A DNA stretch of 60,449 bases, the filler included, from Globobulimina sp. (Eukaryota), in NCBI GenBank assembly GCA_003354225.1. It is 12 parts of 12 records of this genome, joined end to end, with 100 filler letters (N's around TTAATTAATTAA, not from the genome) between each part and the next. Parts side by side here need not be neighbours in the genome. Positions count along the whole stretch, not along the records: positions 1 to 4,952 come from PIVH01000819.1; positions 5,053 to 10,002 come from PIVH01000820.1; positions 10,103 to 15,052 come from PIVH01000821.1; 9 more parts are not named here. The stretch is one strand, 5' to 3'. Shown here in pieces: positions 1 through 11,793 of the stretch. The notes under the pieces are model-generated. The model was given only the letters and a program-made list of their open reading frames with translations. It was not told the DNA's origin and did no database searches. The translations under genes and the position numbers were made by a program. How positions within the stretch are numbered: position 1 is the first letter of the stretch; every line of letters begins with the position of its first letter.

Positions 1-2287
1 CGGTGAATATTTATATAATGCGTCAAACTCATTTTTATTATCCGCGCATCCATAATCACCGCACCATGCATAGCCAATTGTAAATTTATGAAAGCGAAAC
101 ATATCCAATACACCGCAATTAGACACCGCAACCTTATATAAATCTGGTCTTTGATTACAACACACAGTCACTAATAAACCGCCATTACTCCCACCTTGTA
201 TAGCTAACTTATTCTTGTTTGTATATTTCTCATCGATTAAATACTCCGCTGCGGAATGAAAATCATCAAATACATTTTGTTTATTATGTTTTGTGCCCGC
301 TTTATGCCACTTCTCTCCATATTCGCCACCACCACGTAAATTGGCGATGGCATACACACCGTTTGTATGTTTTAACCATAACACCCGAGAGACCCTAAAA
401 GATGGATTCAATGAGATATCAAACCCGCCATAACCATATAAAATCAATGGATTCTCGCCATTCAACTCACAATCTCTTTTACTTAAAATATACATTGGGA
501 TTTTGGTACCGTCCACACTCGAATAAAATACTTGTTTTGTGGCATAATCATCGGAGCTAAACCCGTCCACAGTAATTTCTTTCCATATTTTCATGTCACC
601 GCTACCTTTTCCTTGTAGCATCGCATCAAAATCATAACTGTATAACGTACCGGGATACAAAAACGAGCTAAAACTAAAAAAACATTCACTGTGCTTTTTT
701 GAACCGGTTGAACCAATGGAGCCCGCAGCCGGGAATTCGATGTTATTTTTCACTTCGTTTCCTTTAAAGTCTATCAATTTTATCACCGTTTTAACGTCTT
801 CGTTATATTTGAGTAAAATATATTCTTTCCCCACTACGCTGGCGGACTCTAACCTAAATTTCGTCGCTTCCGCCACTTGGATCCATTCCACCTCTTTCTC
901 TTCTTTGCTATCATCAAAACCTGCAATATCATACGCTATCACCCGATAATTATCCGCGGCATTATTGCTTTTAAAATAAAACATTGTCTTTTCATTATTG
1001 ATGCAGTCATAGCCAAAATCAAAGTTATCAATAAATTTTATCATCGAAGCTTGAAATATTTTACTGTTGGAATAGGTTTTTGAATCACCGATATTGACAA
1101 AATATAATCGATTCACAGGATCGCAACTGCGGCTTATATATAACTCTAACCATTCGCCACAGTATGTCATCCCAGCCCCAATCATCCACTCTTCATCGCC
1201 TAAACTGGCGCCATCCACTAAAAATATATCTTCTTGTTGGGGCGTACCCAATCTGTGATAATATAATTGCTGATTCTTTAATTTCTCTGTCTCTGTTCCC
1301 TGTTTACTGTCATCCTCAGTGTCGGCCTCTGGTTTGTTATATCTGCTGTAGAAAAAGCCTAAGTTGTCATGTGTCCACGCAATCCCTGTAAACTTACACC
1401 AATGCAATACATCATCAAGTTCCTGCCCGGTCAAAACCTCCTGTCATTCATCAAAAACATACAAGAAATGCCTTGGTAAAACTCGCAAAACCCGCCAAAT
1501 TTAAACATGACTTAACTTTGACATGGAATTCAATCCAATCACTGCCAGATTTGGATAGACCATAACATAAATATTTTGCGTCTTCACTAAAATAATAGCC
1601 ATGCGCAGAAGTGGTGCCATCTTCACTTAACGTATTTGGATCGAGTAATAATTTTCTTGCGGTATCCAACGACCCTTCGTGATAATACAAAACGGATTGA
1701 TTTTGTAAACCAGAATTGAATGTATAATAATAAATAATTGGCGCAGTTCCTTTGCGCGATGGTGTACCATATCGAGGGAAATTTAAATTTTTTTCTAACG
1801 CAGCAGATATTTTATGGACAGAATCGCCACATTGATTTAAATATGCACTCGTTACATCCACTTGTTCATCAATCCATTCTCGCGATTCTTTGCTGTCTGG
1901 GTCTTCTAACCAGCGGTATGCATCATTTATTTTAATATCATCGTTTTTCGCATTTTTATACACATCAATAACCGTATCATCTCTCCGCGCCGTCGGATAT
2001 CCTTTTTCGCGAACTTGGCTCCATTTTAATTTACCATATTTGTTTTTAAGTGTTGATAATTCTTTTTCGAGAGTAGTGGTCTCTTTATTTGATGTTTTTT
2101 CTTTTTCTATTGCTGATTCAATATTTGATTTTAATTTATGCACCAATTCTGTGAGTGTATCGTTGTTTACACCTTTTAATTCTTCTAAAACAGCATTGAC
2201 ATCATCAACACTGCTTTGTAATATTGTTCCCAATTCAGTTGCTTCCTTCTCTGGCTCTGCTGCCTTTTTTTCCTCTTCGGCTGCCAT
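1..2287 (-). CDS. PREP: Prolyl oligopeptidase (peptidase S9A), 3'-partial, two exons (2287-1517; 1440-<1)
   Basis: Exon 1 has YPTARRD, DAYRWLED, NSGLQNQSVLY, LDPNTLSEDG, SGSDW. A GT-AG intron at 1516-1441 (76 nt) restores WCKFTGIAWTHD and NQQLYYHRLGTPQ. Exon 2 is absent from the ORF track because it runs off the edge; it has YGYGGF, NLRGGGEYG and the catalytic-Ser motif IQGGSNGGLL near 175-205. Confidence 0.95.
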
Positions 2288-2400
2288 GTTTAAAGCAACA
2301 GTTTTTAAAACGTAGATTACATAATGCAAGATTAATATTAAAATATATACAACATTACGTGACACCACAAAAAAAGTTAACTTATCAATAATACTTTTGT

Positions 2401-3869
2401 TCACCAGACATAAGGAATCATTTTATATTTAACCTGCTTACAATATAGCTTCCAATATTTGGTATATTTCTTTGAGCATCGATCATCATCTCTTCCTGTA
2501 CGATCCGCCAACAATAAAATCAAAAAAAAGAAATAAAATAATTGTAAACCGGTTTGCAATGTAATACCAGGAACACAAATTGTAAACGCAAACATTAATT
2601 CAGGCACATAATGAAAGTGCCGAGCAAATCCCCAATATCCACTCACCAATAATATGGATTTTTTATTTTTACCCGCCTCGCTAACATAAGTTGCACGAAT
2701 TATTTCTGCTTTTTTCCCAAATATTTTACAATTCCCATTGGACTTTCGCACTCTCATTTTTTGGGCATCACATTCATAATTAATATATATGGATAATACA
2801 CCTATCACAAATATTATACATGCAAACAATCCATTCATTGTTAAGCAATGCGGATCATTCTTTTCTTGACTTTGAAATAATTTATTTGATAATATTGTGG
2901 AAGTATGAAACGTATAGACACCAAACACCCAACACAAACATCCCCAACATATCATAAACCCACAACGATCATGTTGCACATCGATAGTTGCAAAATAACC
3001 AATTTCCCACCAGAAGAATTTGAATAAATAAATAATTTGCAAAACACCAGAAATAAATACAGGCGATGACAATATGTACACATAGTCAGAGACAAGCAAT
3101 AATTCATTTGTTTTACTTAATTGTTTCATATTATCATAATCTTTGCAAATATGGCATAAGCACACCAGAGCCCATTGAGTCATTCCAATGCGCGAATTAA
3201 TTAATTGCTTACAATTAATACCAAACCAATATGGATAAAGTTCCAAACCTAAATACAATACATATTAAAGGAGAAATTGTTGGAAATATCCAACTTTGAT
3301 AGTACATATAATTATGCATACATACCGCTGTAATAATCCATTATCCAATTTCCTGAGGATTTGACATCGGATGGATTCTCTGGACAGCATAATGCACAAA
3401 ACATCAACAGCACTGTAACTATTAAGCTTGCAATAAGAATAGCAATGGAAAGAGGTGCAATATGATTAATTAATTCATGGAATGGAATACCAAACACAAA
3501 ATAACCAATCATCACAAATGTTAAACTGATGCTGTACGTGGCAACACCATTTTGTTTGTATTTGGGAACATAGCCTGTTGACGTTGGTGGACCATGCACT
3601 GTTTTACCAGGAACAATATAATATAATAGAATTTGAAACAAATAAAAAGCAAATATTGAGATGAAATGATTTATTGTTGGTAAATTATTCAAAATACATT
3701 GTTGTGCAATAAATTGAAGCGGTCCAAATTCTTTAATTTCATTGTATGTCATTGCAACACTTCCATTTAAATTTTGAATGATATGGCTGAATATCAGAAC
3801 TAGGGTGGGGCATCCTAACATGATAGCTAGAGGACACAGCACGTAACGAACAAAGTAGGGAAGCGCCAT
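2401..3869 (-). CDS. DHCR7: 7-dehydrocholesterol reductase-like sterol reductase (ERG4/ERG24 family), two exons (3869-3326; 3248-2401)
   Basis: Motifs GPPTSTGYVPKYKQNG, DYYSG|LELYP joined across a 77-nt GT-AG intron (3325-3249), KFFWWEIGY, DVQHDRCGFMICWGCL, LLVSGYWGFARHFHYVPE, RDDDRCSKKY, YKMIPYVW. Confidence 0.9.
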
Positions 3870-3996
3870 TGTTGGATTTGGATTTTTTAAAAGGGTTTTT
3901 AACTCAAGTACGAGATGAAGCAAAGTAATCCTTTAATCTTATATTAATTATAAAAGCAAAATGAATTTGCTGACACTATTACTGTATTAATGTATG

Positions 3997-4952
3997 CTAT
4001 TTATAATCATATCCAACTACTTTCCAACATCCAATAGCGACATAACCGTTCTTATTAAACACTCTCATTGCTGTGGTAATCACATCCAATTTGATAGATT
4101 CAATCACATTTTGTTTAAGTTTCTGTATTGTCATTATATCAATCCAACCACCTTTATCATCTTTATACTGTAACACTAGGCCATTAAGATAATCAACACC
4201 CCATCCACCAGCCATTTGATCTCCAGCTCCGGCAATTTCAATTGAAACAATTGTACATTTTGAAAAGGATACTTCAATCCAACTATTTGCTAACATTTGA
4301 GTGCCACATCCTTGATTTAGATTGTCATTTAGCAAAGCTGCTCGCGTATTGGGAGGACCGTCATATTTGCTGGACATTTGTAATGTATATTTAACTTCTG
4401 TCTGCATTCTCTGTCTCTTAAATGGAATATCTTTTCTTTTCGTAGCAATGTTAACGTCACCCAAATGCTCAACAATATACGCAACATAATTTAGATATCT
4501 TCCCAATTTATTATCTAATTCTTGAAAAGAAATGGAACATTGATTATCAATTATCGATAGTTTAGTAATGCAATCCATATAATCTTTTTTCTCATCTTCC
4601 TCATCAACAGTAGTTTGAGCACCAGATTCAACTCCTTTTACAAATAACTCTCTCAATGAGTATAAATCGAATTCTTTTGGTGTTTCTAATGTAAACTGTT
4701 AAATTCATTCAACAAAACAAAACATACAGTACGGTATGTTGTCAACATTAATATACTTAAAACAATGTCATACAAAACTTTAATTGCTTGAGTTTGATTA
4801 CTGACATCAACCGATAATGTGGATGATGGCAATAATAAATTGATATTTTGCCCCAATAATCCCTATACAAATTATAACATTTAACACTGTATGTATTTAT
4901 AAAAAATATTTAAGACCTGAGATTTTGCTTTATTAAATTGCATAAATTTTAC
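3997..4952 (-). CDS. Hypothetical protein, 5'-partial and multi-exon, with a C-terminal beta-sandwich (discoidin/F5-8/galactose-binding-like) domain
   Basis: 219-aa ORF 3997-4656 lacks a clear ATG start and has intron-like sequence upstream. The C-terminal pattern (SWIEVSF...IVSIEI...YLNGLVLQY...GGWIDI...TTAMRV) resembles F5/8-type sandwiches; the fold call is tentative. Confidence 0.5.
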
Positions 4953-5052
4953 NNNNNNNNNNNNNNNNNNNNNNNNNNNNNNNNNNNNNNNNNNNNTTAA
5001 TTAATTAANNNNNNNNNNNNNNNNNNNNNNNNNNNNNNNNNNNNNNNNNNNN
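4953..5052. other. Artificial contig-joining spacer (first of 11; others at 10003-10102, 15053-15152, 20101-20200, 25147-25246, 30192-30291, 35237-35336, 40282-40381, 45326-45425, 50368-50467, 55409-55508)
   Basis: Identical 44N-TTAATTAATTAA-44N blocks (stops in all six frames) recur about every 5 kb; intervening contig lengths fall steadily from 4952 to 4941. Confidence 0.99.
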
Positions 5053-8000
5053 GTTTTATTTTTATTAAATTCACCTTATTTTTTCTTAAAATACTTACCT
5101 TTATTCTGCTTTTTTCGTTTTCTTTTTGTAATAAATGCGCTCATTGAGCTGTATAATGAAACCAATTTAGATCACGTCCGAATTGTTGCCATTAATACAC
5201 TGAGCTGTTCTCTTTATTTTAAATTAAAAACAACGTCAATCCTTGTCCTTTATTCTAAATTTAAACAGAAACATACCGACTATAAACAAAAGCGATTTCG
5301 CTCTGAACATGATACAATGCAAAATAATCGCTATTACCTCGGAAATAAAACAAATTATTTGGTGCATAACTATTGTAATCATTATAGACATATTATTGAA
5401 TATATACAAACATACTATACACAAATGCGATTTCGCCCTGTCCTTGAAATAATGCACGATAATGTAAAAATGAGTCACTGTGTTGACCCGATTTTACACA
5501 GAAATACAAAACTGAATCACCATTCCTTTATGTTTGCGGATTATGTAAAAATGAGTCACTGTGTTGACCCACTTTTACACAGAAATACAAAACTAAATCA
5601 CCATTCCTTTACGTTGCCATTGATACACCAATTAAAAACAACGCCGTCTCTTGCAATTCCTTCTGAGTTTAAACACGAACAAACCAGTCATAATCATATG
5701 CGATTTCGCTCCAAACACGATATGATGCAAAATAACCGATATTACGTCGGAAATAAAACTAGCTACTCCGTGCATAACTACTTCAATCATTATAGAAATA
5801 TCATTAAAACAGAATGCGTTACGGGATACATGATCAGCACCAAACACCATAAACACACGCGACATTTATACCGTTTCATTGAGCGATATCAACATAGACT
5901 GCGCAAATTCTATCGCTATATCAAAATCATAATGGATAAATCCCTGCGTTGGGTGACTCTACGTATGCCGCAACATCGTTATCATCCTATCAAATCCTTC
6001 ATAATTCGCAAGTTCCCGTCCTATATTCACATTCGTTTTAAGAGGGTGCCTTATAACAAAGAGACTGTGGAACAGACGGTGTACAAACAGCTCCATGCTT
6101 TTAATAAAAGCGCTTCGAAAATTTTGACTTTGTATGACTTTGTAGTCAAAAACAATTATGTTGAGAACGATCCAGTTTTACAACAATCTACAACAAATAA
6201 CAACTATCACATGAAATGGTTTGTTCCCACCAACAAAAACGTCCATGAAATAAGAGATCACTGGCAATCGACACACAACAGCTTAAACTTAAATATCCAC
6301 TCACTACACAGAAACAATTGGATAAACAACCAAAAAAACAATGCAATAATATCATTAAATCAAATCTATAAAAAAGCAGTACACAAAGCCCGCACTGGAA
6401 ACACCACACTTCGCGAGTACAAAAATTATATGGTCAGTAAGGTGATACAGGAACACTTAAACAATGAACAACATTCTGACACCGATTTGCCAGAAATAAT
6501 CCGCAAATATCCTTTTATGCAAATATATGCTCCTGATATGGAACCAGTGTCATCCACACAAATCAAATTAAAAAATCTCAAAATTGGCTTTTTAAACATT
6601 AACGGAAGCGCCAAAACCAAAATTAATCAAATGCACCCATATATGCAGCAATTGGCTATGCATCATAAGTTGGACATTATCCTCCTGATTGATACCCGCA
6701 GTGTCCATAGGCCATCCTGGAAGCTTCCAGGTTATAAGCTGTTGGTCCATAAAGCTCCGATCACCACAAATAACCCCAGAAATGTCGGTGGTATATTGAT
6801 TTATTATAAATACACCATGAAAAACAAAATGAAATTGATCCAGAAAACCAGAGGTCATAATACTGCCTGGATCTCTGTACATGTTGCTAACCAAAATAAA
6901 CCCTCATATATTGCTATAAACTATGCCCGAACCTATAAAACCAATCTGAGTCTCCGCAGTCACAACTTCTACACCTCCCTAACAGCGGATATCAACAAAT
7001 TCAAGCCATACTGCCATAGCATGTATGTGATCGGAGACTTTAATGCCAGAATGGGCTCCATGACCATGGACCATAACACAAATAGCCACTATAGATATAT
7101 GAAAAGAATGCTCGACCAAACCAACCTAAAAATTGCGAACCCACAGTTTGCGCCCAAATTCCTGACGTGCTTAGCCAAAGGTGGCCAAAATGATGGTGGA
7201 TCAATAATAGATTACGTAATAACTGATAAACTGCACACCATCAATTCAATGAACGTTGACACCCACCCGGTGTTCATGGATCATAGACCGGTGGTATTTA
7301 CTCTTAATAACATCAAATGTGAGACGGCAGCCATTGATAAGCACCTAATCCTACGCTCCTATAAACCCAATGATGAATTAATACAAATACATGAAAAAAT
7401 CCTAACACAGTCTACCAAACACCTCCGCAAATTCTCCAAATCGATGGACCAATTCACCAATAAAAAAGACCATAAGTACATTTCACATATCACCTCACTC
7501 ACTGCTGCCTATATTCTGCATCTCGCGTCCATCAAAGCATTTGGTTTGGCGGACTATAATGCTTCCAACAAATGGTCCAACATCTCGCGAAAACAGGTCA
7601 CATTGAACATTAAACAACGTCTCTTACTGAACACTGATAACAACACAAACGAAGGAAAGCAGCTAATGCAAGATGCTGAAACAGAATATATTGCAAACAA
7701 ACATAACATACTGACGCAAAACACCATAAAATTCAATGGATTGAATCACTCGAATAAATTGAAAACATTCAAAACGCATTACAAAAATAAAGATTTCATA
7801 TTGGATGAGCCGTTCCTAAACTATAATGGCACCGTAATGGATAAGAATGAAGCGCTCTCCCAGTTCTTCTGCAAAATAAATGGCCCAATAGCTGACCCCA
7901 CACATAACCCAAAACTCGCAGATGTCAATAACTTCAACCGCACGTTGAAGGAGCATGGCCATAATAACCTCAAATTTATTCCCCACAAACCAAACCCAGA

Positions 8001-9774
8001 CGCAGCAGGTATACTGACCTCTGGTGAGTCTCTCCTGCTTGAACCCTATAACGAAATGCCGAGAATCAACTACACCGCGGATGAGGATAAGGACCACATC
8101 CCGCACTACGACCCAAACTTTGTACCTGCGACCCAACCTATAATGGATGAGCTCTACCATCTTGAACACGAACAACACCATAACAACACCGACAGTGATA
8201 ACGATGTCATAGATGACATGAAACGACAGACACCGGGCATGCTCCCAGAACGCACATTAACAGAGGCAGAAGAGGAGAAACATGAACATGACTGCAGGGT
8301 AACCCCCAATAATGATAAAAAAGCCAAATACAGATCCATTGAAATGACCATCTCGTATGCAAACCAAAATAGTGCCCCAGGATATGATGGCATTAAAGCA
8401 ATACACCTAAAAACGAATGGACCCCAAATAAATGATCTACTGTGCATATTGTTTAATGTCTGGAACTGCACATTCCATATACCATACTACTGGCGGCTGG
8501 GCTCTGTGGTCCCCATTCTCAAAACGAAGACTGGCGACACCCCCAATCAGTATAGACTCATAACTCTCCTCCCAATAATATTCAAAGCATATGAAAGACT
8601 GATCCTGTGGGAGATGAGCATAAAACACAAATTCAGAGCCAATTTACACATCTTACAGGGAGGCAACAGATCGCGTAGAGGGGTACCGGAGCAGATTGGT
8701 GCCATTAATCTAATTGCTGAAACAGCCAAAATGAGAGAGATACCATTATACAGTGCACTATTAGATATACGTAAGGCGTTTGACACGGTTTGGCGTAAGG
8801 GACTGCTTTACAAATTACATAAACAATTCAATATACCCCTTAACCTCTGCAAAACCATCAAAGCCATATATAATAATTCCCACTCAGCAATCAGAGACCT
8901 TCCCTTCATATCCAACAAATTCATTCTTCATAATGGTGTGTTGCAAGGCTCAGTGCTTTCGCCTGTGCTGTACGCAGCATTCGTGAATGATCTCATCAAT
9001 GAATTACAGCAATCAGAGTGTGGTGCTGCATCACCGGACCCAGACAACCCCATTGCATGTACCATGTACGCCGATGATATCATCCTGACTGCCAATAAAA
9101 TATCCCACCTAAACAAGCTCTTAAAAATCTGCCAAAATCATAGTAATAAATGGCAATACAAATTCAACCAAAAAAAATGCAAAACCATTGTTTATAATGA
9201 TAATTCCATCAACAACAACAACATTAACACATACAACGCAGATGATATTCTATTAATTGAACACGAATACCACGATAATGTGGAAATAAACACTAAAAAG
9301 CCTGCGCCAATGATACTTTTGCAAAAACCAATCAATAAATGCATAATAGCCATAGATATATACAATAAAACGCACAGTTATAACACAGATGAAATCCCCC
9401 AAAAACACCTAAAACGCTTCATGGACCACGTTGAATTTTATACTGATATCACCAATAAACCGTACCCGATAATGTGGGATAACATTCGGTACGACAGACA
9501 CTATGCACCCGCTGTAATGCATCTTAAATTGCGACTTTACGGAGCGAGCCTACACTGCACAACATTCATCAGATATCTTGGTGCAATGCTGTGCAGCTAT
9601 GATAGCACCAAACTGGTGTCGACCGTATCCACGAACGCTGTCTTTCTGAAAAAACTTGATAATAAAGCTCGAGTTTTATCTACTCTGGACTTCACCGGGA
9701 CAAAACATTTTATCTTGGTTTGGGTACGAATTGTCTGTAGTTGCTTATCTGTTGCCGCTTTCAGATTTATGTGA
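5053..9774 (+). mobile_element. Non-LTR retrotransposon (LINE), single long ORF with APE endonuclease + reverse transcriptase; probably 3'-truncated
   Basis: 1485-aa ORF; the frame is open back to the contig edge at 5053. APE motifs: GFLNING, GGILIY, VIGDFNAR, SIIDYV, MDHRPV. RT motifs: APGYDGI, YRLITLL, LDIRKAFDTV, GVLQGSVLSP, YADD, FNQKKC, RYLG. The ORF ends only about 65 aa after RYLG, with a compositional change near 9700. Confidence 0.95.
5221..5805 (+). repeat. In-frame internal duplications at the 5' end of the LINE ORF (about 180-nt block repeated ~408 nt downstream, enclosing an 81-nt tandem pair)
   Basis: KLKTTS...RFRSEHDTMQNNRYYLGNKT...VHNY recurs as QLKTTP...RFRSKHDMMQNNRYYVGNKT...VHNY; VKMSHCVDP(I/L)LHRNTKLNHHSF occurs twice (about 5462-5610). 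Confidence 0.9.
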
Positions 9775-10102
9775 TCACAATCAAGGACCTTCGCAAATAT
9801 TTCGGTATATACTAAATAAAATGTTTTTAGGATCCTGAATTTATCCGCGAGGGAAACGAATCAAAAAAGCTTTTCTTTAATCATAAAACTTTTCTTTTTT
9901 GATTCGTTTTCTTTAATTTAACGCTAAAATTCGTTTTATAACGCAAGGACTACAAACAACGTCTACTTCAAACAACATTCGAATTTTTTAGTGTAAGAGG
10001 TGNNNNNNNNNNNNNNNNNNNNNNNNNNNNNNNNNNNNNNNNNNNNTTAATTAATTAANNNNNNNNNNNNNNNNNNNNNNNNNNNNNNNNNNNNNNNNNN
10101 NN

Positions 10103-10200
10103 TTTTACTCCACTAAGTGGGGTAAAAGTGTTTTTCGTTTCTAATTTTACTCAACTAAGTGGGGTAAACGGGTCAAAAGGAGTGGAGTAATTCCACTTTT
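10103..10200. repeat. Short palindromic repeats at a contig end (possible transposon/MITE terminus)
   Basis: TTTTACTCCAC-TAA-GTGGGGTAAAA hairpin, repeated as TTTTACTCAACTAAGTGGGGTAAA, followed by AGTGGA-GTAAT-TCCACT. Confidence 0.55.
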
Positions 10201-10211
10201 ACCGGCCTTTT

Positions 10212-10631
10212 TTGGGTAAAATGACACACACTCTGCAAAATATGCAATCAAATGAATATAAACGAATGAATGTAATAAGAGATGCTTTGATAAAATGGTC
10301 CGCATTTATTACAAATTATTGTGCAAACCGGTCCTATGATATTCGTGACTTAGCTCAGAGTATGTCATTAATTAATATTGAAGACGATTTACAATCATTT
10401 ATGGCAAAAACAGTACAGCAGTGTCCTCCTATCGCGCAAACGCAACATATCAAATATTCCAATAACGTTTATTTTATGGCGCCACAAATATCAAAGCGGA
10501 AATCTAATTCATTCACTTCTAGCTCGACGGATTACTTTCAAACAAATTATTTCAAACAAAGATTTAAAAAGCAATCATATGATCAAAGTATGACTGTCAG
10601 TTCAAAATATGAATTTAGTGATGAAAATTAA
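10212..10631 (+). CDS. Hypothetical protein, possibly a terminal exon
   Basis: 139-aa ORF with plausible composition followed by a T-rich UTR-like tract; no motif recognised. Confidence 0.3.
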   Translation: MGKMTHTLQNMQSNEYKRMNVIRDALIKWSAFITNYCANRSYDIRDLAQSMSLINIEDDLQSFMAKTVQQCPPIAQTQHIKYSNNVYFMAPQISKRKSNSFTSSSTDYFQTNYFKQRFKKQSYDQSMTVSSKYEFSDEN

Positions 10632-11793
10632 TTGTCAATTCTTAATTTTTTAAGCTGTTGAGAATTTCATTTTAGTTTTTTGATGATTGCTAATGACATA
10701 TAGCTCTAATTAACAACTGTTTTTGTACCAATATAATTTTATAATTAGTTTTATGTTAGATTTTATATTTTAGACTTTTAGTTCCATAAAACACTTCTTT
10801 TGATGTCATATTATTTTTTGAAAACAAATTTGTGTTTATTTTTTTTATGTGGTTTTTTGATTTGGTCAAGATTGTATTGCTTGAATTTCTAATTTTATCT
10901 CCATACCACGTTGTTGTTGTCAGTTTTTTGGTGATATCATATGCTAAACAAGATTTGCATGAGCTGCACATTACAAAAAATATAATAGAAAACGATGGAA
11001 AACAAATTAAGACTTGCAGCAAAACAAAAGAGAACAGAAAAAATAAAGAAGGAACAGAGTGTTTCACAATTTGTGTACAGTGTCAATACAATGAAAAAAA
11101 AGAAACGTATGCTGCAATTATTTCAAAGCTATGGTTAAAACAATAAAAAATAAAAATTAAAAATAAACCATATTTTGAGCATTATTAACTATCAATCATC
11201 CAAACCCAAATCCAACACAAACAAAATATGATTTTTGTCACTCATTTATTACACAATGAAGTTATACAAATAATAAATACAGAGATACAAAAATACGACA
11301 ACTAAAACAAACATAATAATGTGGATCACACAAAGAATCACAACCACACCATTACACAAAGAAAGTCAAACAAGAAAAACTATCTAAATTAAGCAATCAA
11401 CACAAAAAAAAAATTTACAGCTCATAAAAAAAATGCAAAGGAATGTAATCAATTGTTTCATTGTAATCGGTTGTTTTTTTGTTTATAAATTTCAACTAAA
11501 AACGTGATATACGCAACAAATAAATATTTTTATATATTTAAACACAAAACAATCATACAAAAAAAAAATGCAAATATTAATTGTGTAAGAAAAATGATTA
11601 AAACATACAAAAAAATGCCAACAAAAACAGAATACGCGATAGTTAGTTCCATTTAAGAAGAAATAAAAAAACAAACGAAACAACGATGTGTAAATGAAAA
11701 ACGTTACATTTTATTATAAAATCCAAACAGACTAAAACAAAAACAAAAAAAATATACAAAAGCTATTATACTTCCCGTTAAAAGTGTGTTTTT

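Noticed and set aside
1261..1300. Apparent frameshift in prolyl oligopeptidase exon 2
   Set aside because: Re-reading gives an intact frame (TEKLKNQQLYYHRLG); the exon is missing from the ORF track only because it has no stop in the window.
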